Shown here piece after piece: positions 1 to 6,524 of a stretch of 10,666 nucleotides of DNA. Source of the DNA: a virus (Duplodnaviria; Heunggongvirae; Uroviricota; Caudoviricetes); IMG/VR virus record IMGVR_UViG_2609459801_000016. One strand, written 5' to 3'. Both the position numbers and the translations under genes were made by a program. Under the pieces are notes generated by a model. The model searched no databases, was not told the DNA's origin, and saw only the letters and a list, made by a program, of their open reading frames with translations. Position 1 is the first letter of the stretch; every line of letters begins with the position of its first letter.

Positions 1-1113
1 ATGAATTACTCTCACGATAACTGGTCAGCAATTCTGGCCCATATTGGTAAGCCCGAAGAACTGGATACTTCGGCACGTAATGCCGGGGCTCTACCCCGCC
101 GCCGCGAAATTCGTGATGCTGCAACTCTGCTACGTCTGGGGCTGGCTTACGGCCCCGGGGGGATGTCATTACGTGAAGTCACTGCATGGGCTCAGCTCCA
201 TGACGTTGCAACATTATCTGACGTGGCTCTCCTGAAGCGGCTGCGGAATGCCGCCGACTGGTTTGGCATACTTGCCGCACAAACACTTGCTGTACGCGCC
301 GCAGTTACGGGTTGTACAAGCGGAAAGAGATTGCGTCTTGTCGATGGAACAGCAATCAGTGCGCCCGGGGGCGGCAGCGCTGAATGGCGACTACATATGG
401 GATATGATCCTCATACCTGTCAGTTCACTGATTTTGAGCTAACCGACAGCAGAGACGCTGAACGGCTGGACCGATTTGCGCAAACGGCAGACGAGATACG
501 CATTGCTGACCGGGGATTCGGTTCGCGTCCCGAATGTATCCGCTCACTTGCTTTTGGAGAAGCTGATTATATCGTCCGGGTTCACTGGCGAGGATTGCGC
601 TGGTTAACTGCAGAAGGAATGCGCTTTGACATGATGGGTTTTCTGCGCGGGCTGGATTGCGGTAAGAACGGTGAAACCACTGTAATGATAGGCAATTCAG
701 GTAATAAAAAAGCCGGAGCTCCCTTTCCGGCACGTCTCATTGCCGTATCACTTCCTCCCGAAAAAGCATTAATCAGTAAAACCCGACTGCTCAGCGAGAA
801 TCGTCGAAAAGGACGAGTAGTTCAGGCGGAAACGCTGGAAGCAGCGGGCCATGTGCTATTGCTAACATCATTACCGGAAGATGAATATTCAGCAGAGCAA
901 GTGGCTGATTGTTACCGTCTGCGATGGCAAATTGAACTGGCTTTTAAGCGGCTCAAAAGTTTGCTGCACCTGGATGCTTTGCGTGCAAAGGAACCTGAAC
1001 TCGCGAAAGCGTGGATATTTGCTAATCTACTCGCCGCATTTTTAATTGACGACATAATCCAGCCATCGCTGGATTTCCCCCCCAGAAGTGCCGGATCCGA
1101 AAAGAAGAACTAA
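1..1113 (+). CDS. insL: IS4-family DDE transposase, IS186/IS421-type (InsL-like), 370 aa
   Basis: Uninterrupted 370-codon ORF starting with ATG at window position 1. C-terminal YRLRWQIELAFKRLK matches the Y-2-R-3-E-6-K signature of IS4-family transposases. Length and N-terminus (MNYSHDNW...) match my recollection of E. coli IS186 InsL; not verified by search. Confidence 0.85.
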   Translation: MNYSHDNWSAILAHIGKPEELDTSARNAGALPRRREIRDAATLLRLGLAYGPGGMSLREVTAWAQLHDVATLSDVALLKRLRNAADWFGILAAQTLAVRAAVTGCTSGKRLRLVDGTAISAPGGGSAEWRLHMGYDPHTCQFTDFELTDSRDAERLDRFAQTADEIRIADRGFGSRPECIRSLAFGEADYIVRVHWRGLRWLTAEGMRFDMMGFLRGLDCGKNGETTVMIGNSGNKKAGAPFPARLIAVSLPPEKALISKTRLLSENRRKGRVVQAETLEAAGHVLLLTSLPEDEYSAEQVADCYRLRWQIELAFKRLKSLLHLDALRAKEPELAKAWIFANLLAAFLIDDIIQPSLDFPPRSAGSEKKN

Positions 1114-1283
1114 CTCGTTGTGGAGAATAACAAAAATGGTCATCTGGAGCTTACAGGTGGCCATTCGTGGGACAGTATCCCTGACAGCCTACAAAGCGCA
1201 ATTGAAGAACGCGAGGCATCGTCTTAACGAGGCACCGAGGCGTCGCATTCTTCAGATGGTTCAACCCTTAAGTTAGCGCTTAT
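1..1283 (+). mobile_element. IS186-like insertion sequence, partial (left end lies upstream of the window); right end inferred near 1280-1284
   Basis: Transposase ORF plus about 170 bp of 3' non-coding sequence ending in the palindrome-rich ...CAACCCTTAAGTTAGCGCTTATG (1262-1283), which I recall as the IS186 terminus. It is followed by a G/C-rich flank (GGGGTGCCGGTGGGG), consistent with the known GC-rich target preference of IS186. The other end is not in the window, so inverted repeat and target duplication cannot be confirmed. Confidence 0.55.
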
Positions 1284-1426
1284 GGGGTGCCGGTGGGGTC
1301 GAGATACGTGGTGTTTTCTTTCCCTTCCCAGTAGCCGGTGTAGTGCGTGGCAATAGTGAACGTCCCGGCTCCGGCCAGAACAAGGGCAATCAGCTTTTTA
1401 CGCAGTGGCGCGGGGAGTTTTGGCAT
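1280..1426 (-). pseudogene. 5' fragment (48 codons) of a SAR-type lysozyme endolysin, truncated by the IS insertion
   Basis: ATG at 1426..1424, translation MPKLPAPLRKKLIALVLAGAGTFTIATHYTGYWEGKENTTYLDPTGTP then TAA at 1282..1280 inside the putative IS terminus. Lys-rich N-terminus plus Gly/Ala-rich weakly hydrophobic segment resembles a signal-anchor-release domain. E34-G35...Y41-L42-D43...G46 fits the start of the E-8aa-D-5aa-T catalytic motif of T4-lysozyme-like (GH24) endolysins; the reading frame is cut just before the expected Thr. Confidence 0.5.
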
Positions 1427-1497
1427 TGTTACGCTGTCTCATGGTGTTCTCTGAGCCAGCGTAACCGTGGGAAAAAGGGGGCAGGATTTGCGGAATA

Positions 1498-1920
1498 TCA
1501 GAAAAGCCGGGGCTGCGTGCGCTCCTGATGCAGGCGACGCTGGTTGCGGATAACGGAGTAAATCTGCGTCTCTGACATCTGGTAATGGCGGCGCAGGGTT
1601 TCAATTTTTTCGCCCTGGCTCCAGCGGGAAAAAATTTCATTATTGCGCAGTTCGGTGAAAAGGGATTCACCGACCGGGAGATAATAACCACGCCCGCCCA
1701 TGTACCCGGCCTGTGCGGCTGCAACCTTACGGGCAAGCATTCCCGCCTGAGCAGGTTCAATCCCCTGACGGTGCAGTTCAGCACTGATCACATCAACCAG
1801 GTCCCGCAGCGTGCCGGGCCAGTTCTTTTTCAGCTCATCATCAGGAATATCATCCAGACGGTCAATCAGCGCGTGCAGCTGTTCGCTGTCACCAAACATG
1901 CTCATCTGTGTTTCAGCCAT
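1498..1920 (-). CDS. mor: Mor/C-family transcriptional activator (Mor-like), 140 aa
   Basis: ATG at 1920 preceded by GGAGG 5 nt upstream. The translation aligns by eye along its length with phage Mu Mor as I recall it (FGD near N-terminus, central GG..Y.P.G, C-terminal HTH-like ...IYSVIRNQRRL...QP.L). Position directly after gemA matches Mu gene order. Confidence 0.75.
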   Translation of the reverse strand: MAETQMSMFGDSEQLHALIDRLDDIPDDELKKNWPGTLRDLVDVISAELHRQGIEPAQAGMLARKVAAAQAGYMGGRGYYLPVGESLFTELRNNEIFSRWSQGEKIETLRRHYQMSETQIYSVIRNQRRLHQERTQPRLF

Positions 1921-1950
1921 ACCCGCCTCCGGTCATCATTACACAGGGCA

Positions 1951-1986
1951 AGTTTAAAATAAAAATCCCGCGCTGTGGCGGGATTT
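1951..1986 (-). terminator. Putative Rho-independent terminator/attenuator between gemA-like and mor-like genes
   Basis: On the minus-strand transcript: 9-bp stem AAAUCCCGC / GCGGGAUUU (plus coordinates 1963-1971 and 1978-1986) with a 6-nt loop, followed immediately by UUAUUUUAAACU (1951-1962). It begins 4 nt after the gemA-like stop codon. Confidence 0.5.
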
Positions 1987-1990
1987 GGGG

Positions 1991-2503
1991 TTAAAAGGGG
2001 GAGGATTCTTCATACAGCCTGCAAACGCGCTCATAACTCATCACTGTACGCGCTGACATCCCCAGCACATCCAGCATCTTGCGGCGGTGCCAGCGTTTGA
2101 GACGCTCCAGCACATCAGAGGCCAGCGCGGGGTGTTGTTCCAGCCACTGCCAGTTAGCCACACCTTCGCCGCCGTTCTGAGCGACCGTCTGCGATTTCAC
2201 CCAGCGGTTAAGGGCTGTTTCCCCGCCATCAGAGATAAAGCCCTGCCGGTGCATCACCTTCCAGATGGCGCGAATTTTGGCGGTCACCGTACCCGGTTTT
2301 AAGGCCCGGTTAACCGGCTTCTGACGCACTTTAAAACCGCGTTTTTTGAAAACATCCAGCACGCGGGATAACTCATCCGGTGACATATCCCGGCAACTGG
2401 GTTTGCCGGTGGCTGCCAGTAGTACGGATGTGTAGGTCTCATGGTCAAGCTGTAGATCGCGTTTTGCGACATGTATTAAGGTAATCAGGGAAGCGCGATT
2501 CAT
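1991..2503 (-). CDS. gemA: GemA-like protein (phage Mu gp16 / DUF1018 family), 170 aa
   Basis: ATG at 2503 with GGAGA 7 nt upstream. N-terminal LITLIHVAKRDLQLDHETYTSVLLAATGKPSCRDMSPDELSRVLDVFKKRGFK fits the GemA/DUF1018 pattern as I remember it. Lies directly upstream of the mor-like gene, as in Mu. Confidence 0.7.
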   Translation of the reverse strand: MNRASLITLIHVAKRDLQLDHETYTSVLLAATGKPSCRDMSPDELSRVLDVFKKRGFKVRQKPVNRALKPGTVTAKIRAIWKVMHRQGFISDGGETALNRWVKSQTVAQNGGEGVANWQWLEQHPALASDVLERLKRWHRRKMLDVLGMSARTVMSYERVCRLYEESSPF

Positions 2504-2567
2504 TATCGTGTCTCCGTAACAACAGGCGGCATGGCAACGCCGCCCGGATAAAACTAAAGGTATCGAT

Positions 2568-2915
2568 ATGAAAATAGATTACGATGAAGTATTAAGTATT
2601 CTCACAACTTTTCAGGATGCTGAAACACCTTTCCTTACACTACAGGATCTGGGCATGGCTGAGGCAGAAGGAGAGGAAAAGGATAAAAAAGTTTTTCATC
2701 TTATGCTTCTCGCTGATAATGGCTCAATTGTTAATGGTGATATGCAGTCAGAAACACCCAAATATATTGGTTTCTTTTTCCATTCTCTGGGCGTTGGTTT
2801 CAGAAACACGCCCATTATGCTTACCCAGCAGGGGCATGATTTAGCTAACGCCCTGAGAAAAAACCAATCCTTGAAAGAATCAAAAAGGAGTTTACAGACG
2901 CACCATTTGATCTAA
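2568..2915 (+). CDS. Hypothetical 115-aa protein on the opposite strand to the early operon; possibly DUF2513-like
   Basis: ATG at 2568 with AAAGG 7 nt upstream; no competing minus-strand ORF of 60 aa or more. Visibly more AT-rich than the flanking genes. MKIDYDEVLSIL..., FHLMLLADNGSIV and LTQQGHDLANAL loosely resemble the remembered DUF2513 pattern (MKRDxDLIRxIL...HLxLLxEAGLI...LTWxGHDFLD); this assignment is tentative. Confidence 0.55.
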   Translation: MKIDYDEVLSILTTFQDAETPFLTLQDLGMAEAEGEEKDKKVFHLMLLADNGSIVNGDMQSETPKYIGFFFHSLGVGFRNTPIMLTQQGHDLANALRKNQSLKESKRSLQTHHLI

Positions 2916-2938
2916 TTAAAGAAGTTACCAAATCAATG

Positions 2939-3247
2939 TTAACCAGGTTCGTCAAAGAACGTATTGGGATTGACTGAACAACTTAATTCAGCCAGTAATC
3001 GCAGGGCGGCGACAGCCGCCTGCTTGTCACTTCTTTTAGCTATTTCCGCAAGAGTATGCACAATCCATAACGGACTTAACGCCACGGCTGAATCCAGAAT
3101 CATGTCATCCATAATAATTTCTGGCATATCCCGCTTGTCACATTCTTTATCCATAAAAGAAACGAATTTCTCTGCATCTTCCGGTTTCATGCCTCCGGCG
3201 ATAAGGATTTTGCGATATTCATAAGACGATCTTAATTCAATACTCAT
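2939..3247 (-). CDS. Hypothetical protein, 102 aa (last gene of the gam-to-gemA cassette)
   Basis: ATG at 3247 with AGGTGA 3 nt upstream; 15-bp gap from the upstream gene. No family recognised. Confidence 0.55.
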   Translation of the reverse strand: MSIELRSSYEYRKILIAGGMKPEDAEKFVSFMDKECDKRDMPEIIMDDMILDSAVALSPLWIVHTLAEIAKRSDKQAAVAALRLLAELSCSVNPNTFFDEPG

Positions 3248-3262
3248 TATTCACCTGCCTGC

Positions 3263-3613
3263 TTAATCTGTTTCCAGTGCTTTGCTACGGGCTATAGCCT
3301 CACATTCAAAAAATACCGACTCCGGCACGCGCTCTTTTAATTCACGAACAAGGAAATCATTAACGCGTTCATGACGTCTTATATTTCTTTCCTTTTCCTC
3401 CTGGCGCAATACAGCAAGGCGGTATTCAACAGCCCGGCGTTGTTTCTGAAAGACAGCCAGTGCTTTTCTGGCAGCATTACGCCATGCATCATCGCCACAT
3501 GGTGCGTATTCAAGCTGAAATTTAATCTCTTCAATAGTTTCTTTGATTTTTGCCAGCAAGCTAAGACAGTCGCTTATTGTCTCCAGCTTTTCATTATCAA
3601 TATAACTTCTCAC
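3263..3613 (-). CDS. Hypothetical charged, probably helical protein, about 116 aa
   Basis: The ORF track begins at a GTG at 3655. I prefer the in-frame GTG at 3613..3611 because it is preceded by GGGAGGTG with 6-nt spacing and overlaps the upstream stop as GTGA. Lys/Arg/Glu-rich sequence; no family recognised. Confidence 0.5.
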   Translation of the reverse strand: MRSYIDNEKLETISDCLSLLAKIKETIEEIKFQLEYAPCGDDAWRNAARKALAVFQKQRRAVEYRLAVLRQEEKERNIRRHERVNDFLVRELKERVPESVFFECEAIARSKALETD

Positions 3614-3939
3614 GCATTCACCTCCCGTAATTCCGGTAAAGCCGAAATATGACACCAGTGCGTCACCTGTCCGTCTTCATCTTCAAGGCAGGCTCCGGTT
3701 TCTTCATCAACAAAAAAGCCTTCATACCCCATATGGCCGATGCGCAGCTCCTGACGGTGACCATACTGAACAATCAGCACGACAGCCTCCATATCAGGTG
3801 GGAAAGTATCATTCAGTGAATGCCAGGGATAACCGCGTAAATCCCCGAAATAAACACCGGTCAGCGTTCCGCCACAGAGCGGCATTCCGGCGGCACACAC
3901 AAGAGGTTCATCTGATTCAACAAATAAGGTCGTTATCAT
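3610..3939 (-). CDS. Hypothetical protein, 109 aa; C-terminal VTHW...LPE motif reminiscent of DUF551 phage proteins
   Basis: ATG at 3939 overlaps the upstream stop as ATGA, with GGGAG 8 nt upstream. The C-terminal GQVTHWCHISALPE resembles the conserved C-terminal motif of DUF551 proteins as I recall them; weak assignment. Confidence 0.55.
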   Translation of the reverse strand: MITTLFVESDEPLVCAAGMPLCGGTLTGVYFGDLRGYPWHSLNDTFPPDMEAVVLIVQYGHRQELRIGHMGYEGFFVDEETGACLEDEDGQVTHWCHISALPELREVNA

Positions 3940-4487
3940 GGCGTTAACTCCCGTAATACAGCGTCCTCGGCAGTCCGGCGACGGTAATAAACTGCGTGAG
4001 CAGAATGTTCAGATATTCCAAACTTTTCGCCAATTTCCCGGAATGACAGACGGCGTGGGTAATCGGAATCACGCAGCGCACGTATAAGACGTACATCATC
4101 ATCAGATATGCGCGTGCCGGGGCGTAACTCTCCGCACTTTGTTAATCCAGCACCAATCATTCCTGCCCGACATCTGACAGAATCTTTATTACGTCCGAGA
4201 TATTCTCCCATTTGCTGGCAGGTCATTGTTCTGGCATTTTTTCGAATAAACTTATCTTCATCAGGTGTAAATCTTGGGTGTTTATATTTCAGTAACTCCG
4301 GGTATGAACTGCGCAATACACCAGTCCGGTTATATACAGCCCAGACAGTTCTTTTTATTCTGGCAGCAATATCCTTAACCGGGGTGGATGAATAAAGCGC
4401 AATCAGCAGCGCATCTTCTTCAGGTGTCCACGGACGGACATGAGCGGGGGCGCGACCTTTTAGTCCCATGGGTTGTAATTTCATCAT
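3936..4487 (-). CDS. Predicted DNA-binding protein with two Myb/GcrA-like HTH repeats and a third C-terminal HTH, 183 aa
   Basis: ATG at 4487 with GGGGGTGA upstream. Repeat 1 WTPEEDALLIALYSSTPVKDIAARIKRTVWAVYNRTGVL and repeat 2 FTPDEDKFIRKNARTMTCQQMGEYLGRNKDSVRCRAGMIG both follow the W/F-T-x-E/D-E-D...I/M-A/G...R..AV pattern of GcrA-N/Myb-like HTH domains. The C-terminal LSFREIGEKFGISEHSAHAVYYRR looks like a further HTH. Confidence 0.6.
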   Translation of the reverse strand: MMKLQPMGLKGRAPAHVRPWTPEEDALLIALYSSTPVKDIAARIKRTVWAVYNRTGVLRSSYPELLKYKHPRFTPDEDKFIRKNARTMTCQQMGEYLGRNKDSVRCRAGMIGAGLTKCGELRPGTRISDDDVRLIRALRDSDYPRRLSFREIGEKFGISEHSAHAVYYRRRTAEDAVLRELTP

Positions 4488-4490
4488 GCA

Positions 4491-5006
4491 TCACCCCCTG
4501 ACTCGCTTTTCAGCAGCATAAAACTCATCAGACAGTATTTCGGTCATTTTCTGTTTTGCGGGTTTTACGCCGCACTGAAGGTAAATCACATCGTCAACGC
4601 AGAACCACTTCACAGGGCCAAACAGGATTGCCGAGAAATCAATACCCAGCCAGAACAACAGCGCATCGGTTCTGGCATACGTGACGGGCGAATATTCACG
4701 CCACAGACTGTTCAGTTCATCAGAGGCAACACGCAGGGTTTTAGGGATACGTGATGTGCGCGGTGTGCAGCTCCAGCCATTCGACGCAGTCGGTTTTCGC
4801 CATAAGTCGCGATGAAAAGGATATTTGTCCTCCGTAAAACGCAGTCCCTTAAAGCAAAATCCACTGATACCGGATACAAATACCGACCGGCACGCAACAT
4901 TCAGCACGGCCTCAAGGCGTTTTGCCTCATCCTTAACTTTCTGGCAGTCCTGCTGGTATTTTTGCCACGCAGCCAGCGCGGAAGGGTTTGATGTTTTAAA
5001 GAACAT
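4491..5006 (-). CDS. Hypothetical protein, 171 aa
   Basis: ATG at 5006 with GGAGGTG 5 nt upstream; start overlaps the upstream stop as TAATG. No family recognised. Confidence 0.6.
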   Translation of the reverse strand: MFFKTSNPSALAAWQKYQQDCQKVKDEAKRLEAVLNVACRSVFVSGISGFCFKGLRFTEDKYPFHRDLWRKPTASNGWSCTPRTSRIPKTLRVASDELNSLWREYSPVTYARTDALLFWLGIDFSAILFGPVKWFCVDDVIYLQCGVKPAKQKMTEILSDEFYAAEKRVRG

Positions 5007-5539
5007 TACGCCACCTCCGCAGATATCCCGGCAGGCGCTGCTGTCCGGTCAACAATCAGGTAGCGCAGAACATGTTCAGTGATATTCCAGCCGCTTAAAC
5101 CGCAGATAATGACGCCCAGGCGTATGTCGATATACGCCATCACAAACTGGGGCACGCCTTCTTTCATGGCCTGCTCATCAACTTCAGCCACCACATAAAC
5201 GGTTTCACAGGTCAGAACGCCCTGAGCAAATTCCCACGCCATCGACGGAATATCATGCCCCTCAATCCATGGCAGGGATTTTCTGAAGCCGCACCACTGA
5301 ACATCATCAGCCGCAGATTCCTGGCTGCATTTGCGACGAACCGGCTGCACCGGGCGGGGGCGCGGAATATCATAAAAACCGTTACATTCCGTCAGCACGC
5401 CTGCATCAACCGCATCACGCAGAAAATAAACCATGGAGGATGGCGGCATATTCATTTTTTCAGCCAGTACACCGCAGGTCAGGCGGCCATAAATACGCAG
5501 CCAGTTTTTAACCCCTTCAAGCACTTTTGCATCAATCAT
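5006..5539 (-). CDS. Hypothetical protein with N-terminal winged-HTH-like segment, 177 aa (first gene after the post-gam leader)
   Basis: ATG at 5539 preceded by GGTGGGGAAA. The N-terminal NWLRIYGRLTCGVLAEKMNMPPSSMVYFLRDAVDAGVLTE resembles Lrp/AsnC- or MarR-like wHTH spacing. The C-terminal domain is not recognised. Confidence 0.6.
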   Translation of the reverse strand: MIDAKVLEGVKNWLRIYGRLTCGVLAEKMNMPPSSMVYFLRDAVDAGVLTECNGFYDIPRPRPVQPVRRKCSQESAADDVQWCGFRKSLPWIEGHDIPSMAWEFAQGVLTCETVYVVAEVDEQAMKEGVPQFVMAYIDIRLGVIICGLSGWNITEHVLRYLIVDRTAAPAGISAEVA

Positions 5540-5684
5540 GATTTATTTCCCCACCACATTATTAATGACGATATAAACGTATTTCATATTTCTTAACCCT
5601 TATTTTCTGTTTTCAGGCGCAAGCAGTCCCCTGACGCGAGCGCCATAATTAAAATGAAGTGATATTTAATTGATTAATGCGGTG
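5540..5684 (-). promoter_or_regulatory. AT-rich 145-bp leader between gam and the downstream cassette; candidate internal promoter/operator
   Basis: Only long non-coding gap inside the otherwise tightly packed early operon. Contains the 11-bp perfect palindrome CATTATTAATG (5557-5567) about 18 nt upstream of the ATG and several -10/-35-like hexamers (TTAAGA, TATATC). No promoter could be assigned confidently by eye. Confidence 0.3.
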
Positions 5685-6215
5685 TTATTTATTCAGTCCG
5701 GCGTCCTGTTCAAAAGGCTCGACATAAAAACTTTCAGCGCCTTTATTCACCTTGATACCGGCAATGCCTTTCACAGCATCCGGCTCCGCCAGGACGGCTT
5801 CCTTGTTCACTTCCTCTTTCGTGCGGATGAAACGCTCAAGCCCCATACGGCGCAGCATTTCAATCACACCTTCCACATCACGGCTGACGCTGCATGATGG
5901 CGTTCCCAGCCGCCATGACACCGTTCCGGTGGTCAGATTGGCTGTTTTGGTTTTGCCGCCGTTCGTCAGCTCATCACGGTTGGTTTTGCACCAGTCCTGA
6001 ATCCCTTTAAAAAGCACTTTGATTTGCTTTTTAAGATTTTCAATCTGCGGCGTATAACGGGCGGTGATTTCTGCCACTTCGTCATTCATCGCCGTTTCCA
6101 GGCGCAGCGCCTCTCGCTGAATATCTCCCAGGGTGCGGATATCACGGCTGACTTCTTCCCGGGTCTGCGGTGCCGCCTCGGCTGCGGCCTTTAATTTTGT
6201 AACGCGTTTAGCCAT
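5685..6215 (-). CDS. gam: Host-nuclease inhibitor protein Gam (Mu Gam family), 176 aa
   Basis: ATG at 6215 with AAGGA upstream. The translation aligns along its whole length with Mu Gam as I recall it (e.g. ...WCKTNRDELTNGGKTKTANLTTGTVSWRL...RFIRTKEEVNKEAVL...PFEQDAGL). Confidence 0.9.
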   Translation of the reverse strand: MAKRVTKLKAAAEAAPQTREEVSRDIRTLGDIQREALRLETAMNDEVAEITARYTPQIENLKKQIKVLFKGIQDWCKTNRDELTNGGKTKTANLTTGTVSWRLGTPSCSVSRDVEGVIEMLRRMGLERFIRTKEEVNKEAVLAEPDAVKGIAGIKVNKGAESFYVEPFEQDAGLNK

Positions 6216-6226
6216 TTTGTTTTTCC

Positions 6227-6520
6227 TTATTGCAGTGTGCCTGATGCTTTATGCACGCGGTGGCGTTTAATGATGGCATCCGCTCCAAAAGACTGTGCAG
6301 ATGCCTGAAATTCCGCTGAGAGAAACTGAATAATTGCAGGACTGTGATACTGGAGAATACTTGCATAAACGTCACAGAGTGACGTCGGCCTGTTATCCGT
6401 ATCACGTTCTGTTTTCACATCCACTCCAATCTTTTCATGCACTTCAACACAGTCATTGCCTGCCAACTTTTCGTCATGCGAAACATGATTAAATTCAAAA
6501 ATAACGCGTACTTTGCTCAT
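6227..6520 (-). CDS. Hypothetical small protein, 97 aa; paralog of the adjacent upstream gene
   Basis: The track ORF starts at 6547, but the ATG at 6520 is preceded by AGGGG 7 nt upstream and lies just after the upstream stop. The N-terminus MSKVRVIFEF closely matches MSKVVRIIFEY of the 6525-6797 protein, and the start regions are also similar at the DNA level. Confidence 0.6.
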   Translation of the reverse strand: MSKVRVIFEFNHVSHDEKLAGNDCVEVHEKIGVDVKTERDTDNRPTSLCDVYASILQYHSPAIIQFLSAEFQASAQSFGADAIIKRHRVHKASGTLQ

Positions 6521-6524
6521 GGAA

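Noticed and set aside
44-1276. Short ORFs within or overlapping the IS transposase gene (44-235, 248-442, 425-733, 1088-1276)
   Set aside because: Embedded in alternative frames of a complete, recognisable transposase ORF; no independent support.
1498-1920. Assignment of the 140-aa activator as late activator C rather than Mor
   Set aside because: Mor and C are paralogs and the length would suit C, but the position directly after gemA and the by-eye alignment favour Mor. It cannot be resolved without a search.
1343-1962. ORFs 1343-1528 (+), 1398-1784 (-) and 1585-1962 (+) around the mor region
   Set aside because: They overlap the Mor-like gene out of frame or antisense and have no RBS; the Mor-like frame is supported by family similarity.
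2525-2544. Hairpin GGCGGC-ATGGCAAC-GCCGCC in the gemA / plus-gene divergent region, considered as a repeat flanking an inserted cassette together with the 3005-3020 hairpin
   Set aside because: The shared element is only a 6-bp GC stem and the second copy is coding; too short to call a flanking repeat. It may still be a leader structure, but I cannot support a specific role.
3005-3040. GC-rich hairpin GGCGGC-GACA-GCCGCC followed by a T-rich tract, considered as terminator of the plus-strand gene
   Set aside because: It lies inside the coding sequence of the 102-aa minus-strand gene and is explained by Ala-rich codons (QAAVAAL); the T-tract is not adjacent to the stem.
3614-3655. Longer version of the 3263-3613 gene starting at the GTG at 3655
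   Set aside because: No Shine-Dalgarno sequence upstream and 46 bp of overlap with the preceding gene; the GTG at 3613 has GGGAGGTG at ideal spacing. Kept only as an alternative.
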